64,000 bases of DNA from Sphyrna mokarran (lineage: Eukaryota). Shown here piece by piece: positions 21,942 through 35,809 of the stretch. The DNA is taken from NCBI GenBank assembly GCA_024679065.1, contig JAGIQG010000013.1, positions 35,030,001 through 35,094,000 on the forward strand, written 5' to 3'. Every line of letters begins with the position of its first letter. Positions within the stretch are counted from its first letter, which is position 1. The notes beneath the pieces are model-generated. The model saw only the letters and a program-made list of their open reading frames with translations. It was not told where the DNA came from and made no database searches. The translations under genes and the position numbers were made by a program.

Positions 21942-23188
21942 CCGTAGTAAACACTTTTCCTTTGCTACATTAGTTCTCAGAATGCCTCTCATTTTAATGA
22001 AACTAATTTCTTGTTTGAAAGATCCATTGCAAAATGCATTTTTTTCTGTGAATTTCCAAGTGTTAGAAAAACATTTGCAAATATCCTGAAATATGTTGAT
22101 AATAAGAGAATCAAGTCATTAATTTATTTTGAGAAACTGGCATTTTTACTCTTTCTAGAATTCTAACAGGTCAGTTATTGATGAGAAGCTCTCTTTCTGA
22201 CTTGATCTATGGAATGTTACTGGGATTGTTTCCATGGGTGTTTTTCTTTTGCGTTATTAAGGTTTAATGCAGCAAATAGGAAAGCGAGTATCTCCCACCT
22301 GTGAGAGTCAAAGTAAGTCTATCTAAAATGGCCACTAAGAGAATGAGGAGAGATTAGGACAGATTAAGAGAGATATCTTTATACAGCACATTGTTAAGAA
22401 TCAGGAATGTTTAGTCATTGGAACCAATTGCATCTTTTAAAGAAAAATTGGATCAAGTTTTAAACAGAGGAACCTAAATAGAAAATGCTGGAAATACTTA
22501 ACAGGTCAGAAACTTCTAACAGACAGAAACAGAGTTAACGTTTCCATAATCAGTTTGAAAAGTTTCCAGAATCCATTGAACTTTGCTTTGTGTTAGTTTT
22601 AGAATGCTTTTGTTCTGGAATGTTTTAGCTGAGAAATAGCATAGACATTATGGACTAATTGGCTGCTTCTGTGCTGGTCAACTACTATTTGTGGTATCGC
22701 AGTTCTACAAAGGGGATTGATCTCAATATAAGCAAGGCAAACATTTGCCAAAGGTTGTAATGTGACCTCTTGCCGCAGTTTTGTTATTGTAAGAAGTGTA
22801 AGAACAAATATTCAGGAAGACTGCAAAGCCAATAAATGCTCATTTGTTGAACACGATGCTTAAGGCCAACAGTATGAAGTAACAACTATGCTGAACTCCT
22901 ATTTAATGAATAATTGTGCTTGATTGACAGATCCAAAGGAACCTTCAAAAGGAACACTATTGTTATGTTACATCAAGAGGTTGATGTTAGGTTCCAACCC
23001 AAAATTCAGTTAAGAAGTACAACTGAAAAAGACAAGCACAGTACTCATGAATAAAGCACAAGCTAATGGGGGCCACAAATGACTGCTTGGAAGAGAAGAA
23101 ATCAAGAAGTACAATAATGATGTATAAATTATTTGGGAAAAATGTGATTTGTTTCTCTGGCTTTAATACCTTCAAAATGCTTTCCCCT

Positions 23189-23472
23189 TTGAATGTTTTC
23201 ACAATCTTTGAGTGAGAGCCAGTGACAACACAGCTCGGAGTTTCCTGCTCATGCACTCAGTAATTTAGACTATGAATTGCGGGGTGAAGCAGTTGTTGGA
23301 ATCAGTTGATACAGAGGGAACTGAGCTGACAGATAAATCTGGAGATACAGAGTCCTGGAAATTCTTATTAAAGCACTTCTTAATTTTATGAACTTCTCAG
23401 AATCAGACTACTGTCAAATTTTCCTCTATGATATTAGACCCCTATGGGTCTAAGCACTGAATTTTGTTACAG
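23189..23472 (+). pseudogene. Decayed V-J Ig-domain exon, head-to-head with the intact V-J gene
   Basis: Read across frameshifts and stops: LNV(S)Q..PVTTQLGVS.LMH.NLDYELRGEAVVGIS*YRG (TGA in place of Trp)...RYRV..IKALLNFMNFSESD-YCQIFLY...GS.TEFVT. Confidence 0.5.
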
Positions 23473-23639
23473 TGATCTCCAAAGTGACCCCTATAAAATT
23501 AATTGTTCTTATACGACCTTTTCCCAGAGTGCCAGTGGGTTTCTTTCTTAAAGCTAATGCCATGTTTCTTTTCTCAAGATATAACCTGAGGGTGTAAAAC
23601 ACAGGAGGTGATTAATTGCTTATGCTCTATAAAAATATC

Positions 23640-24120
23640 ACAGGACAGAGATGACCCTCTTCTCTCAGGAATGTACAACTGGTAGATCTTCTGGTGCTTG
23701 CTTCTTGGAAGCCAGAGCCCCTCTTCAATGTTGCAGTAGTTTGGTTTGAGGGGTGAGGGAAAGTTGCAACATCTCCTGGTATCTGGAACAACGGTAGTAT
23801 CTCAGGCAAGTGAATTTGAATAGATTTGTCATTTCAATGGGCTCTGGTTCTGTAACCCAACTGAGCAACAAACTAATTCCATCAAATTCAAAATACCTGA
23901 GGCTCAGTCACCACCTTAGCCAAGAAGCTGTGGATTTTTGCGATGCTCAATTCTGTTTCCCCAGTTCCACTTAGGCTGCAGTCTTGTGCTTCCATTGAAA
24001 TGGAGTTGCTGGTGAATCACTGGCTAATTATAGGCTGATGAGCCATAGCCAACACCAATAAAGTTATCATTTGTTCCGTTATTGGCTGCAAGGAAGATTT
24101 TACTTTTGAAATGCAAACAT
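23640..24120 (+). pseudogene. Decayed C1-set-like constant-domain remnant
   Basis: IFWCLLLGSQSP/(frameshift)FNVAVVWFEG gives C1-like Cys...Pro...V.W spacing (Cys codon 23695). A later LLVNHWLII...VIICSV (Cys codon 24072) may be the second half after an intron. Several stops. Confidence 0.3.
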
Positions 24121-26001
24121 GAAAGACAAATGTAAACCCAAGATACACAGCAGTTACTTGCTGAACATTCTTGGAGATTGGCTCCAAGCCTGCACGTTTG
24201 TGTGAAACTTCTCAAGCATTTTATTGGCGATTTTAACATGGGCTCAGTCAAAGCACTTCCATCTCTAAGAAGGTTGTAAGTTCATGTTCTACTCCAGAAA
24301 TCTTTGCACAAACTGAACTAATCTTTCACTGCAGTATTGAATGTGCTGTCAAGTATGCTGTCCGTAGGTGATCCATTAAACTCAAACTACATCTGCTCCC
24401 TAAAGTGGAAGTAGAAAATTGCATGCTGCAATTGCAAAAAGGAGTATCAGTTCAAAGTTTGACTAACTGCAGTTTGTTTCCCACTGAAGTGCCAGATATG
24501 TGATTTGTGCCTATTCACTAAACTAAGGATGAATTCACAACAGGAGATGATAAACAAGATGGCATCAGAAATTGTCACGTTTCTGTTCTTACTAATTCTC
24601 AACATAAAGATGAGTATGTGTGACTAGAGGCCTAGAAACATCTGGAACTGTCCTTTATAATTTGCAGAGAAAGAGAAGAATGAAAGGTTTGATAATGGCC
24701 AAGTTAAGTTTATTTATTAGTCACAAGTAGGCTTACATTCACACTGTAATGTGGTTACTGTGAAAATTCCCTAGTCACCTGTTTGGGTACATTAAAGGAG
24801 AATTTAGCATGGTCAATTCACCTAAATTTTGAACTGTGGGAGGAAACCCACACAGACACAGGAAGGATATGTAAACTCCACGCATATAGTGACCCAACCC
24901 GGGAATCAAACTCGGGTCTCTAGTACTGTGAGGCAGCAATGTTAACGATTGTGCCACACTAAATTTTCCCTTAGTGTACCTGAACAAGTGCTGGAGTGCG
25001 AAGACTAGGGGATTTTCACAGTAACTTCATTGCAGTGTGGATGTACTTGTGACTAATAAATAAACTTAATTTATCCCTATCCAGAAGAACAACAGGATAG
25101 ATTGCATTTATTTCTCAAAGTGATTAATATTTAGAAATATTGGGCAGAATTTTACAGCCTTTCCTGCTGGTGTGATTCTCCAGTCCTGCGATGTCAATGC
25201 ATTTTACACCTTTATTCTGGTTGCAAAAGGGCCGTAACATTCCACCTATGAAATATGCCAAGACATGGTCACACATAGCTGTTACATGGTAAAATATTTA
25301 TCAGCTTACAAAGTGCTAAGTAAACTAAGTCCTTTAAAAAGCTGGATGAATTTGGATTTAAACAGTATCAATATATAAATATCTTATTGAATATGAAGCC
25401 CATTGCCTGCTCTGGGAGAACCAAAGGTCATATCATTACAGAAGATAACCAATCACAATAATGTGGATTGTAATGTTCGATGAATATTTGGCAGTTTCAC
25501 TAGTTATTGAAATTGAATTTGGTTAAGTTTTATCATATATTGTTAGTGTTCCTCAGTCTGTAACAACACTCATCTAATAATATGAAGCATGAATGCAACT
25601 GATCGCTGTCACTGCCAGTGTGGAGTTTGCAAATTCTCCCTGTATCTACATGGGTTTCTTCCGGGTGATCTGGTTTCCTCCCACAGTTCGAAGATGTGTG
25701 GGTTAGGTTGATTGGCAATGCTAAATTGACCCTAGTGTCAGGTGAATTAGAAAGGCAAATGTTTGGGGGTTATAGGGAATAGGGCCTGGGGTGGGATGTA
25801 GTTAGTACAGACTTGATGGACCAAACGGCCTCCTTCTGTACTATAGGAATCCCATGATTTCATCAAATTCAAGTCCTTTAACAAATGATGACGATTATGG
25901 TTTTGAACATTTCATATATTTTTCACACATACGAAATAGGGACGTCAATGCAAACACAACACAGGAATCAGAAGGATGAAAAGTAATACTTTTAAATAAG
26001 T

Positions 26002-28324
26002 TTTATTAATTCAATCTTTTAAAGTCTGATGAATATTATAGAATAAACGAATCACAAAAATGCTTATAGAGAAAAGCCCAACAGGTTTTCAAAAAAGTTC
26101 AACACTTCAATGTGACACATGAAATTGGTTCAGGTTAGTAAGAACCAATTTTATGCATTAGCCCACAGCCTTAATTAATCAAAATCTTTAGATTTAACAG
26201 AGATATTGCAAAAAGAAATGTATACCTAAACAGCTTGTTGTATTCATAAGAAAGGTTGATTTGAAATTTGTAAACAATTTCAGAGGATGTCCCACACAAA
26301 AGTGCAGAATGTAATGTGGGCAGTGGAGGTCCAAAATTATGATATGGAATCTAGTGGAGTTCATGCCAGCCTAAGCTCCAGGATCCCCGATGGAATAAAG
26401 TTCCTAATTGGCAGTGGGAGCCATGCCATTTGGGTTCCAGGTCCCCAGGGACCATTTAATTGCCGCACTATTGTGAAGTCAGCAATACTGCTGTATCAGC
26501 AGCACACTGACAGGAGTCATCCCCAGGGAGTCGCTGATGTATTCTCCGGAGATCGGGCAAGCCTTCCCTGCCTAGATTTAGTTGGAGGGAATCAGGAAGG
26601 CAGCAGGATCTTCAGTTTCCACCTTCCCACAAAAGTTGCGCAATGTAAATAACATTCCACATCATTCAAGGACTCATTTAGACTAGGAGTATTTACCCTA
26701 AGATTTTATTTAATCTATTGAGAGAGAGAGAAAATATATTTAGAAATTTAACATATTTATCATAAAATTATATTTAATCTCCCAAATGAGAGAAAAACAC
26801 TCAGAAATTGAAAAAAATGAAATGCACCAGGGCTGAAATACCTCAACTTGCAAAAACTAGACACCTGCAACTGAAGAACAATAAATTAGTTTTGAAATTG
26901 AACAAGTGAAACTGAGTTTAAAAATGTGAACTACATAATTCATTGTAAGAAATACATCAAAATACTAACTTTTTTTATTAATGGGATGCAGCTGTTGCTG
27001 GTTGGGCCAGCATTTATTGCCCACCCTTAATGACTTGAAATGACTTGCGAGGCCATTTAACAGTCAACTAATTATTGTGGCTCTGGAGTCACATTTAGGC
27101 CAGACAAGATAAAAATTGCAGATTTCCTTTCCTAAAGGACATTAGTGAATCAGGTAGGTTTTTAATGACAATTGATAATGATTTTATGGTCAATGTTAGG
27201 CTTTTAATTCCTGTCTTTTATTGAATTCGAATTTCACTATCCCTCATTGTGGGATTCAAACTTGGGTCCGAAGTTCATTACACTAATCTCTGATTACTAG
27301 CCCACTGACAATACCATAATACCATCATTTCCTCTTAAAATCTGCCACTCAAAATACGCTGTTTCAGATGTACTGCGGATGTAATGCATCAAAATAAATT
27401 TTAATGAATATTTTGAAATTGGAACAAAACTAATATGTCAAATATAGACCATATATTTGTACAATATTATTTGAAAATTATAAAATTGATTTATTTTTGA
27501 CAACAGTATTGACGTTGTTCTAAACATCCATTCAATATAAATCCACAGTAAGAATATTTAGGCAAAATGTGAATATTTACATTAGGCAAATTTGAAACAA
27601 TATGCAAGGTACAAGCCAACAACTTTGTATATACTCCCCAAATAGCATATACAAAGTCAGCTCCATTTCACATTATCCTTCTCCATATTTTTAGCATCAA
27701 GGGTCAAGAACCATTTTAGTAGGAAAAGTTCTGAACATAATTAAGTTCAATTGGATCTGTTGTTTGCTATCATTAAGGTATATTTAATTCCAAAATGGTA
27801 GTTCACGTTAATTTCTCTCATTCTGCAAAATGTTGATCATTCCAGCTCAATTAGTTTGGAAATTATTTTTCAATATATTCTAACACTAAAATGCGTCAGT
27901 GCCTCTCGTACAAATTTAATTCCACTACACTAGATCCTTTTTTTTTTAAACTTTATTACATTGTGCTATAGACTATTCACTTATGAAATCTGCAAACATG
28001 TTACTATTTCCTTTGTTATTCTTCCACTGGACTCTTTTATCGTTGGCTAAGCATTGGTTTGATGAACTTTTAACTTTCTTGTCTTTGCATTTTTAACTAG
28101 CTTAAATTAGTTGTTTTGACAATGTTGCCATTGTAATCAATATTGACCAGATCACAACATCTTTATTTCCATTCTCACCCTTGTAATGAGAAAGATTATA
28201 TCAGCAATTAAATTGGCAAAGCTTTAGGTAATCTTGAATTTTGAGAGATTGGCTGAGTAGTCATGACTTCACCGTAAACTTTCCATTCATCAGTCTTAGG
28301 TATGTGGTTCCCTTGCCTTGATTT
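26002..28324 (-). other. TRIM45: Probable TRIM45 3' UTR with candidate AATAAA signals
   Basis: AT-rich non-coding sequence after the stop. Minus-strand AATAAA at 28162-28167, 27952-27957 and 26002-26007, among others. The site actually used is unknown. Confidence 0.4.
26980..27330 (-). mobile_element. tRNA-derived SINE sharing its 3' tail with the 39110-40240 LINE (another copy at about 40515-40770, +)
   Basis: Tail ...aagggtgggcaataaatgctggccc; body ...cactaatgtcctttaggaaaggaaatctgc. Confidence 0.6.
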
Positions 28325-28473
28325 TTATAGAGCGACAGTTCTAACCAGGCTCTGGTAAGAACTACCATTTATTGTTCCAGAGCATTCCGAAGTTTCAGTC
28401 AACTTTCCACAACAGGACCAATGTGGCTGGCCAGGGTGACCTTTGTGCCCATGTCCGCAACCTTGATACCCAC
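28325..28473 (-). CDS. TRIM45: TRIM45 coding exon 6 (Cys/His-rich C-terminus, stop)
   Basis: ttggcag|GT GGG TAT... encodes GGYQGCGHGHKGHPGQPHWSCCGKLTETSECSGTINGSSYQSLVRTVAL*. This matches the characteristic TRIM45 C-terminus (...HWSCCG...RTVAL). Confidence 0.95.
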
Positions 28474-29305
28474 CTGCCAATCAAAGGCAAAGAGCAAATT
28501 TTCACAATACTGTACACTCAGCAATATCAGTAAATTTAATGTCAGAAAACATATCAAACTAACTGCATATTTATCTTTTTTAAGAAGGCAAACATTAAGG
28601 TATGATAAAACACTGTCCTATATTCTGCTCCACACCTACAATCTGAACATTATCATTCCAACGAGTTCTGAATCAGTGAGCTGGATTGAGCATAATAAAA
28701 ATAAGTCACCTTCTCTGTGTTCATATTTAATCACTTAAAAATAGTCATAGATAACTTAATGGAAAAATCTACATTATCTTTGGGATAATGATGAAGGAAA
28801 TAAATAGGGAGAGAAAGAAAAGAAAAAAAAGCTTATTCTGTTCCAATTTGTTTGTACTGTTTCTAATTTCTCTCTTTTAAACATTATTTCTTTGAGCTGT
28901 TGGACAGCCAAAGCTGCTGTTCTTTGCAAATTTGAAAATCAATCATTTTATTTATTGTCCATTAAAGGTTATAATTTGGTCACTGAGCTAACTTACTTAT
29001 GAGGAAGGATGTCAATGACAACTGTAAATTAAGATACATCCAAAAAGTTATTTGGGCTATTATTGTTAATTTGTGTATTAATTGAGTGTATTGTCTTTGG
29101 ATGATAAGCATTAACTTCATCTGTGCTCTTCTGTATTTGAAGACACTGAGAAGTGTGGTTGTTGAATTTGGAAGTGTGTGCTTGTAATTTTCTGTCTCTA
29201 TAAATTAAGTTTAAACTATGTAAAAAATAGCCTCCAGTTTTATCCTTCACTGCCTATCTTCCTTAAGTGGAACAATATATGCAAGAGTTTTTCTATTAAA
29301 CTCAC

Positions 29306-29432
29306 CAGGCATTGTGCCTCTGCAGCCACAACGAACATCTTTTTGTCCAGCGCTAGAACAGAATGTGCAACAATGGAATATACCAGAGTGTTTCCGGAAT
29401 TTGCTTGTGACTGTTATAGTGAATGGAGATCC
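29306..29432 (-). CDS. TRIM45: TRIM45 coding exon 5
   Basis: tttttccag|GGA TCT CCA...CCT G|gtgag. Encodes GSPFTITVTSKFRKHSGIFHCCTFCSSAGQKDVRCGCRGTMP; 127 nt, phase 0 to 1. Confidence 0.94.
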
Positions 29433-30619
29433 CTGGAAAAACAGTAGCAGCTTATTCAGGTTAGATTGAAGTTAAAGTACGTTGAATAAATAATATATAT
29501 TTTTACAATTAAGTGCAAATGCACAATAGCAAAACAAATATTTATTTTTACTAAAAATTAGCTCCTGTATTGCACAGAAGTTACCAAATGTACAGCTGCT
29601 CTATGGAAGAACAAGTTTCAATCAATAGTATTGTGGCCTCTCCAAGTCATATTTATAATATAAAAATAGAAAATGCTGGAAAATCTCAGCAGGTCTGACA
29701 GTATCTGTGATGAGAGAACAGAGCCAACGTTTCAAGTCTGGAGATCTCAGTGCGGATGATGAGGTTGTCAAATTATTGTAAAAACCGATCTGATGTATTT
29801 TGGGGAACAAACTCACCTTGCATTAAGTTGATCTTTCTCACGCTCTAGCATTGACTGTAACATTACATTCTGCACTCTCTCAATTCCTTCTCTATGAACG
29901 GTATGTTTAGTTTGTATAGCATGCAAGAAGCAATACTTTTCACTTGTAATGTTAATACGTGTGACAATAATAAATCAAATCAAATCATATCTATGTGTAC
30001 CTCGTCTAGCCTATATGCAACTCAAGCCTCACACCAACATGGCTGACTTAATTGCTCTCTGAAGCGGCCATGCAAACCAATATATCAAACCATTTCAAGA
30101 AGACAGTCTGTTGGACTAACAGATTAAACCCAATATATTTATTTAGAAATAATATTAAACAAAATTGAAAAGACAGAGAATAGGCTGAAAATAATATAAT
30201 CCATTCACAAGATAGAAAACTACCTCCTTTTCTAGAACATGACCCAATTTTCATTAGTTTGTTCGTATATCACATTAGTCAGGCCATTCTAATATAATGT
30301 ACATAGTTATGATCACTGCATAGTGAAGGGTCTGATCAAACTAGAAAGGTTTACAGAGGTTTCAGAGAGCATTATCAGGACTGTTAGCATAGGCTGGAAT
30401 TGTTTCCTTTGGGACAGAGGAGACTTTGGTTAGATTTCATTGAGATGTATAAAATTAGGAAGGGGCTAGACATGTTTCCCTCAGCAAAAAAGTCAATAAT
30501 TGTGATACGAGGAATCGATTTTAAAGAAATTAGTTGAAGGATGAGAGAGGGACTGAGGAAAAATATTTCCCACCCCCTCCTCCAGAGGATTTAGAACTGA
30601 TTGCCTGAAAGAGTGGTAG

Positions 30620-31472
30620 GTTTACCAGGATGCTGCCTGGTATGGAAGGACTGTCTTATGAGGAACGATTGAATAGACTGGGGTTGTTTTCCCTTGAAAG
30701 ACGTCGGCTTAGAGGGGATCGAATAGAGGTGTATAAGATTATAAGGGGTATAGATAGAGTAAATGGTGGTAAACTTTTTCCACCTTCAGAAATGGATAGG
30801 ACGAGGGGTCATGGCCTTAGGGTGAGGGGGGCTATGTATAAGACGAATATTAGAGGGCAGTTTTTCACTCAAAGGGTAGTGGGGGTGTGGAATGCACTGC
30901 CGACTAAGGTGGTGGGAGCAGGCACGCTAGGGCTGTTTAAGGGTCTCTTGGACAGCCACATGAGCGGTATGCAGATAGAGGGATATAGTAGGACTGTTTA
31001 ACTATGACTTTTTTTCCACAGGTAATTCGGTCCAACTTGACCAACAAGGAGCATGCATTCGGCAGGTGGTGCGAGGACAGCTCTTGGATGTTGATTCATG
31101 GGTTGCCTGGTGCTTCATGTCGTAAATGAGTGCTTTATCTGGACCATCTGAAGGGCACCATGACAGCTCAGTGACTATCGCTGTAGCTGTGCAGACACTT
31201 GGAATTGGGCCGGTGTCTGCGGGAGTTTGCGCGTTCTCCCCGTGGTTGCGTGGGTTTTCTCCGGGCGCTCCGGTTTCCTCCCACATCCCAAAAATTTGCT
31301 CTTAGGCTGATTGGGAAACAAATTGTCCCTACATTGAGACTCTTCCATATTAGGAATAACCTAAAATTAGAATAGGATAATGGAATTGTTACTATATAGT
31401 TATGACGGTGGCGCTGGCTCGTTGGGCCGAAGGGGCCTGTTTCCCGTGCTGTGTTGCTCTAAAAAAAAAAAA
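30620..31472 (+). mobile_element. 5'-truncated CR1 with a V-SINE-like core in its 3' UTR, nested in an older CR1 (about 30330-31650)
   Basis: ORF2 end 30630-31001; UTR; core gagtttgcgcgttctccccgt...ggtttcctcccacatccc; terminal gggccgaagg..cctgtttcccgtgctg plus an A-run. Confidence 0.8.
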
Positions 31473-34400
31473 ATCAGAAATCCTCCTCCCATTTTAAGAA
31501 GTACTTCGATATGTGCATGAAGTACCATAACTTACAATGCTACAGACCAAGAGCTTCAATAGAATTAAGTTGGATAGTTGTTTTACAGCCAGCACAGGCA
31601 CGGTGGATTGAATAACCTCCTTCTGTGCAGTAGATTCTTTATGATTCTGTGAATTCTCTATTCCCTTCTCACCCATACCTTATCTAACTTTTTCTTAAAT
31701 CCATCTAATATAGCCATCTGAACCACTCTTTTCGATATTGAGTTCAATATTCTCACCATCTTTCAAATTTCCAGTTTAATTTCTTTAATGATAATTTTAT
31801 ATTAATGGCTTCCAGTTTTAGATAGCATGGTGGCACAGTGACTAGCATTGCTGCCTCATGGCGCCAGGGACCTGGGTATGATTTCTAGTTTGGGTCACTG
31901 TCTGTACAGAGCCTGCACATTCTCCCCACGTCTGCATGGGCTTCCTTCAGGTACTCTGGTTTCCACCCACAGCCCTGAAAGATGTGCTGGTTCGGTGCAC
32001 TGGCCACGCTAAATTCTCCCTTTGTGTACCCGAACACGTACCAGAATGTGGTGACTAAAGGATTTTCACAGTATTTCATTGTATGTTAATGTAACCCACC
32101 TTGTAACAGAAATAAACGAACTTCCGGTCTTCCCCACCAGTGGCAGCAATCTCTCTGTATTTACTTTCTCAAAATATTTCACAATTTTTTAATGGAACTC
32201 AAATTGGTCATCCTTCCCCATTTCTTTCCAAGAATAATAGAGCTATTTTAATATGTGCCTCATGAAGTCGGGCTTAGATATCTGCTTTGCAAAAAGTTTA
32301 GTTGAATTACATATTTAAGTGACTTTGGGAGTATATGCACAACTTTTTAATTTCCTTAATTGCTGGCAATTTTATTAAATAATATCCCACAACAAAATTC
32401 ATAACATTTGAACATGCTCACTTCTGTGTCAATACAAATGTTTCTGAACTGCAATGGGTTTGAGATCTTCAATTTCTAAAGGTATAACCGATGGATTTTT
32501 GCAGTTTGTGACTTATTCCATGTTTGACTTTCCTTACTGCTTTATTTTGTTACTTTGCTAGGTTCTTCTGCTGTTTTTGCTGGTACTTTGCATTGAATCT
32601 AAATTTAGTTACCTTTATTATACACCAAAATAAATAAAATGCAGAGACTGTTCACAGAATTTAAGGGAACTAAATAAATATCACAAACATAAAGTCATTA
32701 GAGTAAAATACCAAAATAAGCAGATAATTGAATGCAAATAAAAGAGGAGCAAGTAATGGAAAATTTATACAAGACAACAGTGGAGAAATAGTTCTGAAAA
32801 AACTCTCCTCTGGAGTTAACTCAAGAAAGGAACCAATACTGGAGACAGGATGTCAAAGCAGCAATGTTACAAATAATATCACACAGCATTAATTTATTTT
32901 TAGAACACTATCTTATTTTTACTCATTGGTTCACACAACATAGACATTGTTGGCATCAGGGTGTTATGTAGGTACAAGTTCCTTTGTTCTTCAAGATCAG
33001 GGAAGAAAAGGGAGGAAGGGGGCTTAAAACAAACACAATTCCTAGGAAAACTGTCAGAGCTAAAGACAGACAGATCTTCAACACCTTGTGGTCTGCATCC
33101 TAGGATCTTAAAAGAAGTGGTTGCAGAGCAACATTGGTTATATTGCTCCTAAATTCTCCAGATTCTGGAAAGGTCCTAGCTGGTAGATGGAAAACTAATT
33201 ATGAATAATTTTAATTTGTTTTGATTATCAATTAAAAATTGGTTGATGAACAAGTCAATACAAAATAGAGGAACGACTGAGGTCAATGAACACATCGCAT
33301 GCTTGTTAGGCATGCTCAATGTTTTAAAGAACTAATTCAAGTTTAATTGAGCTTAGAGTCAATTTTTTATTTTTGGTATGATAGGGGCATTACCAAGAAA
33401 TTTGATTTATTAGAGAAAATATCTCAAAAGTCAGACCATAAAGAGAAGTTAAACATTTGCAGAAGTGTGAGATACAGCAACTGAAGGACATGATTGGAAG
33501 AGTTGGTTAGCTCACTTGGTTCGATGGCAAGCATGTTCATGTTCATGTTCAATCTCTACTTCAGCTGAGGTAGACTTGGGGCTCGCATCCTCCCCCTGCC
33601 CCCAGAGCAAAAGCAAGGCTTAATCTACAGCCCGGTATTCCTTGAGTGATTGAGCACATGACTGCAGAATGGGAATATTACAAAACGAGGTGCGAGATAC
33701 TGATGCTAAAAATCTATGAGTAGAGACCGTATTGTATGGATTAAGGACATGCTCAAATCTGTATCCTGCTAGAGAACGAATGTGAGCTTCTTAAAATGTA
33801 GTTCAGAGGAATTGGGAATGGAAGTGGCGGAACTCAAACATTTTTAACCAAACTCCAGCTACATCACAGGATAGGGATAAGAAGACAGAGAGAGACAGTA
33901 ATACCACAAAATGTGTCCAGTAATATCACAAAAAATAACCCCATGAGACCATAAGATATAGGAGCAGAATTAGGCCACTCTGGTCTGTTCTACCATTCAA
34001 TCATGGCTGATAAGTTTCTCAACCCCATTCTCCCAACTTTTCCACGTATTCTTTGGTCGCCTTGCTAATCAAGAACCTATTTATCCCTGTCTTAAAGACA
34101 CTCAATGACTAGCCTCCACAGCCTTCTGTGGCAATGGATTGCATAGATTCACCATCCTCTGGCTGAAAGAATTCCTCCTCATTGCATTCTAAAGGGTCAT
34201 CTCTTTACTCTTAGCCTATGCCCTCGAATCCTAGTCTCTTCTACTAATGGAAACATCTTCTCTGTGTTGACTGTATCCAGGTCTTTCAATATTCTGTAAA
34301 CTAAATGGGATTCCCTCGTTCCTTCTAATCTCCATTATGTACAGACCCTTGAGTCCTTAAGCAGTCCCCATATGTCAAGCCTTTCGCATCTTAAACATAG

Positions 34401-35809
34401 AAAATGTTATAATCCAATTACTGTTCAGGTGGTGTCAGATCACAGGTGCAATAAAATAAATGTGAATGTGCAATTAGCCACATTTGCCTTCATTTCGCAG
34501 CAGTCCTCTGAGACATCATGACTTGAAAACATCAAATTAGATAACTAGGTGCTGGGGCTATTTCCTCATGCCCTGGTCAAAAGGCCCACAGAGGAAACCC
34601 CAAACAGGACTAGAAAGTAAAATTTAACAAAATTCATGCTTCCATTCCTTTGACAAAGAAACTTCTACATTGATCAGGGAAATGTTCCTGCATCCGTGCC
34701 TAGTAGATCCTGGTTTTCTGGAACTCTTGGCAAGAGATTCAGCAAGGTTAGCATGCAGTCTTGGCACAGGCAAAGGCCATGGAAATAGAAATAAGCAGAG
34801 TTGGTAAAATTGGAACATCATACCTTAATTAAAAAAACCTTTTACTAAGGGTATTAACAGTTGATAAAATATATTGTTTGCCATTTTAGAAATCAAAGAT
34901 TTAACTACCTAAACATTGGCTGGAATTCTCCAACCACACCGGTGGCTGGGATTCTTTGTTCCTGTTGCAATGAATCGAGATTTGGCAGAGCACCAATTTC
35001 TCCATTCTCACTGGGAGCAGTAGTGGGCTGTATGAGACTGGAGAATTGGATTTATAAATGACTGGTTAGTGCATTAATTTACTGACTACGTTAGTGTAGT
35101 GCAGACAGAAACCATTTGAAATAGGTTATTGAATACATTCCTTTCTGCTGGTTAATGCAATGTTAAATGTGAACCAATCTATTCAACTTAAACCTCTGGC
35201 TTGATAAAAATTCCTGTCTTTATCAAGATGGGAGCAGGTTCCAAGATGCTGCAACTTATCAAGTCACATCAATATAGGAGTATTTATATGTTGTCCACTC
35301 TTTTAATATGGTTTAATATGAACTAACTAGACATAATGGCTCCGCAAATTTTCCCATCCTCAATGATGGGAAAATCCAGCAAATCAGAAGATAAAGCTGA
35401 AGCATTTGCAGCCATCTTCAGCCTTCTCCTCCTGAGACCTCCAGCATTACAGATAAAAGTCTTCTGAAGTTTTATTCACTCCACATGCAAGGCAGAATTT
35501 TCTGCACCCCCACCCGTGGTGGCAGAGAAGAGTAACCATCACTGGGATATGCAGCATCTTGGAACTTCTCCCAATAACATTCTGTTCTTGATCTTTCTAA
35601 TGTTGGGAACTCTTGTTGATTGATCCAAATATTGATCACTATAAGCCTCCTCAGACAAAAACTTCCATCTTAGTTCACTTACTGAGAAAATAGATGAGAA
35701 TAAAAAGTGCTGTTCCTGTTCTTTTTTACTCATTAAAATTGATAAAGATGGGAATTTTAGTTGATCCAGAAGTTCAATTGCTCCTCAGTGGGACAAAGAG
35801 AATCTGAAT

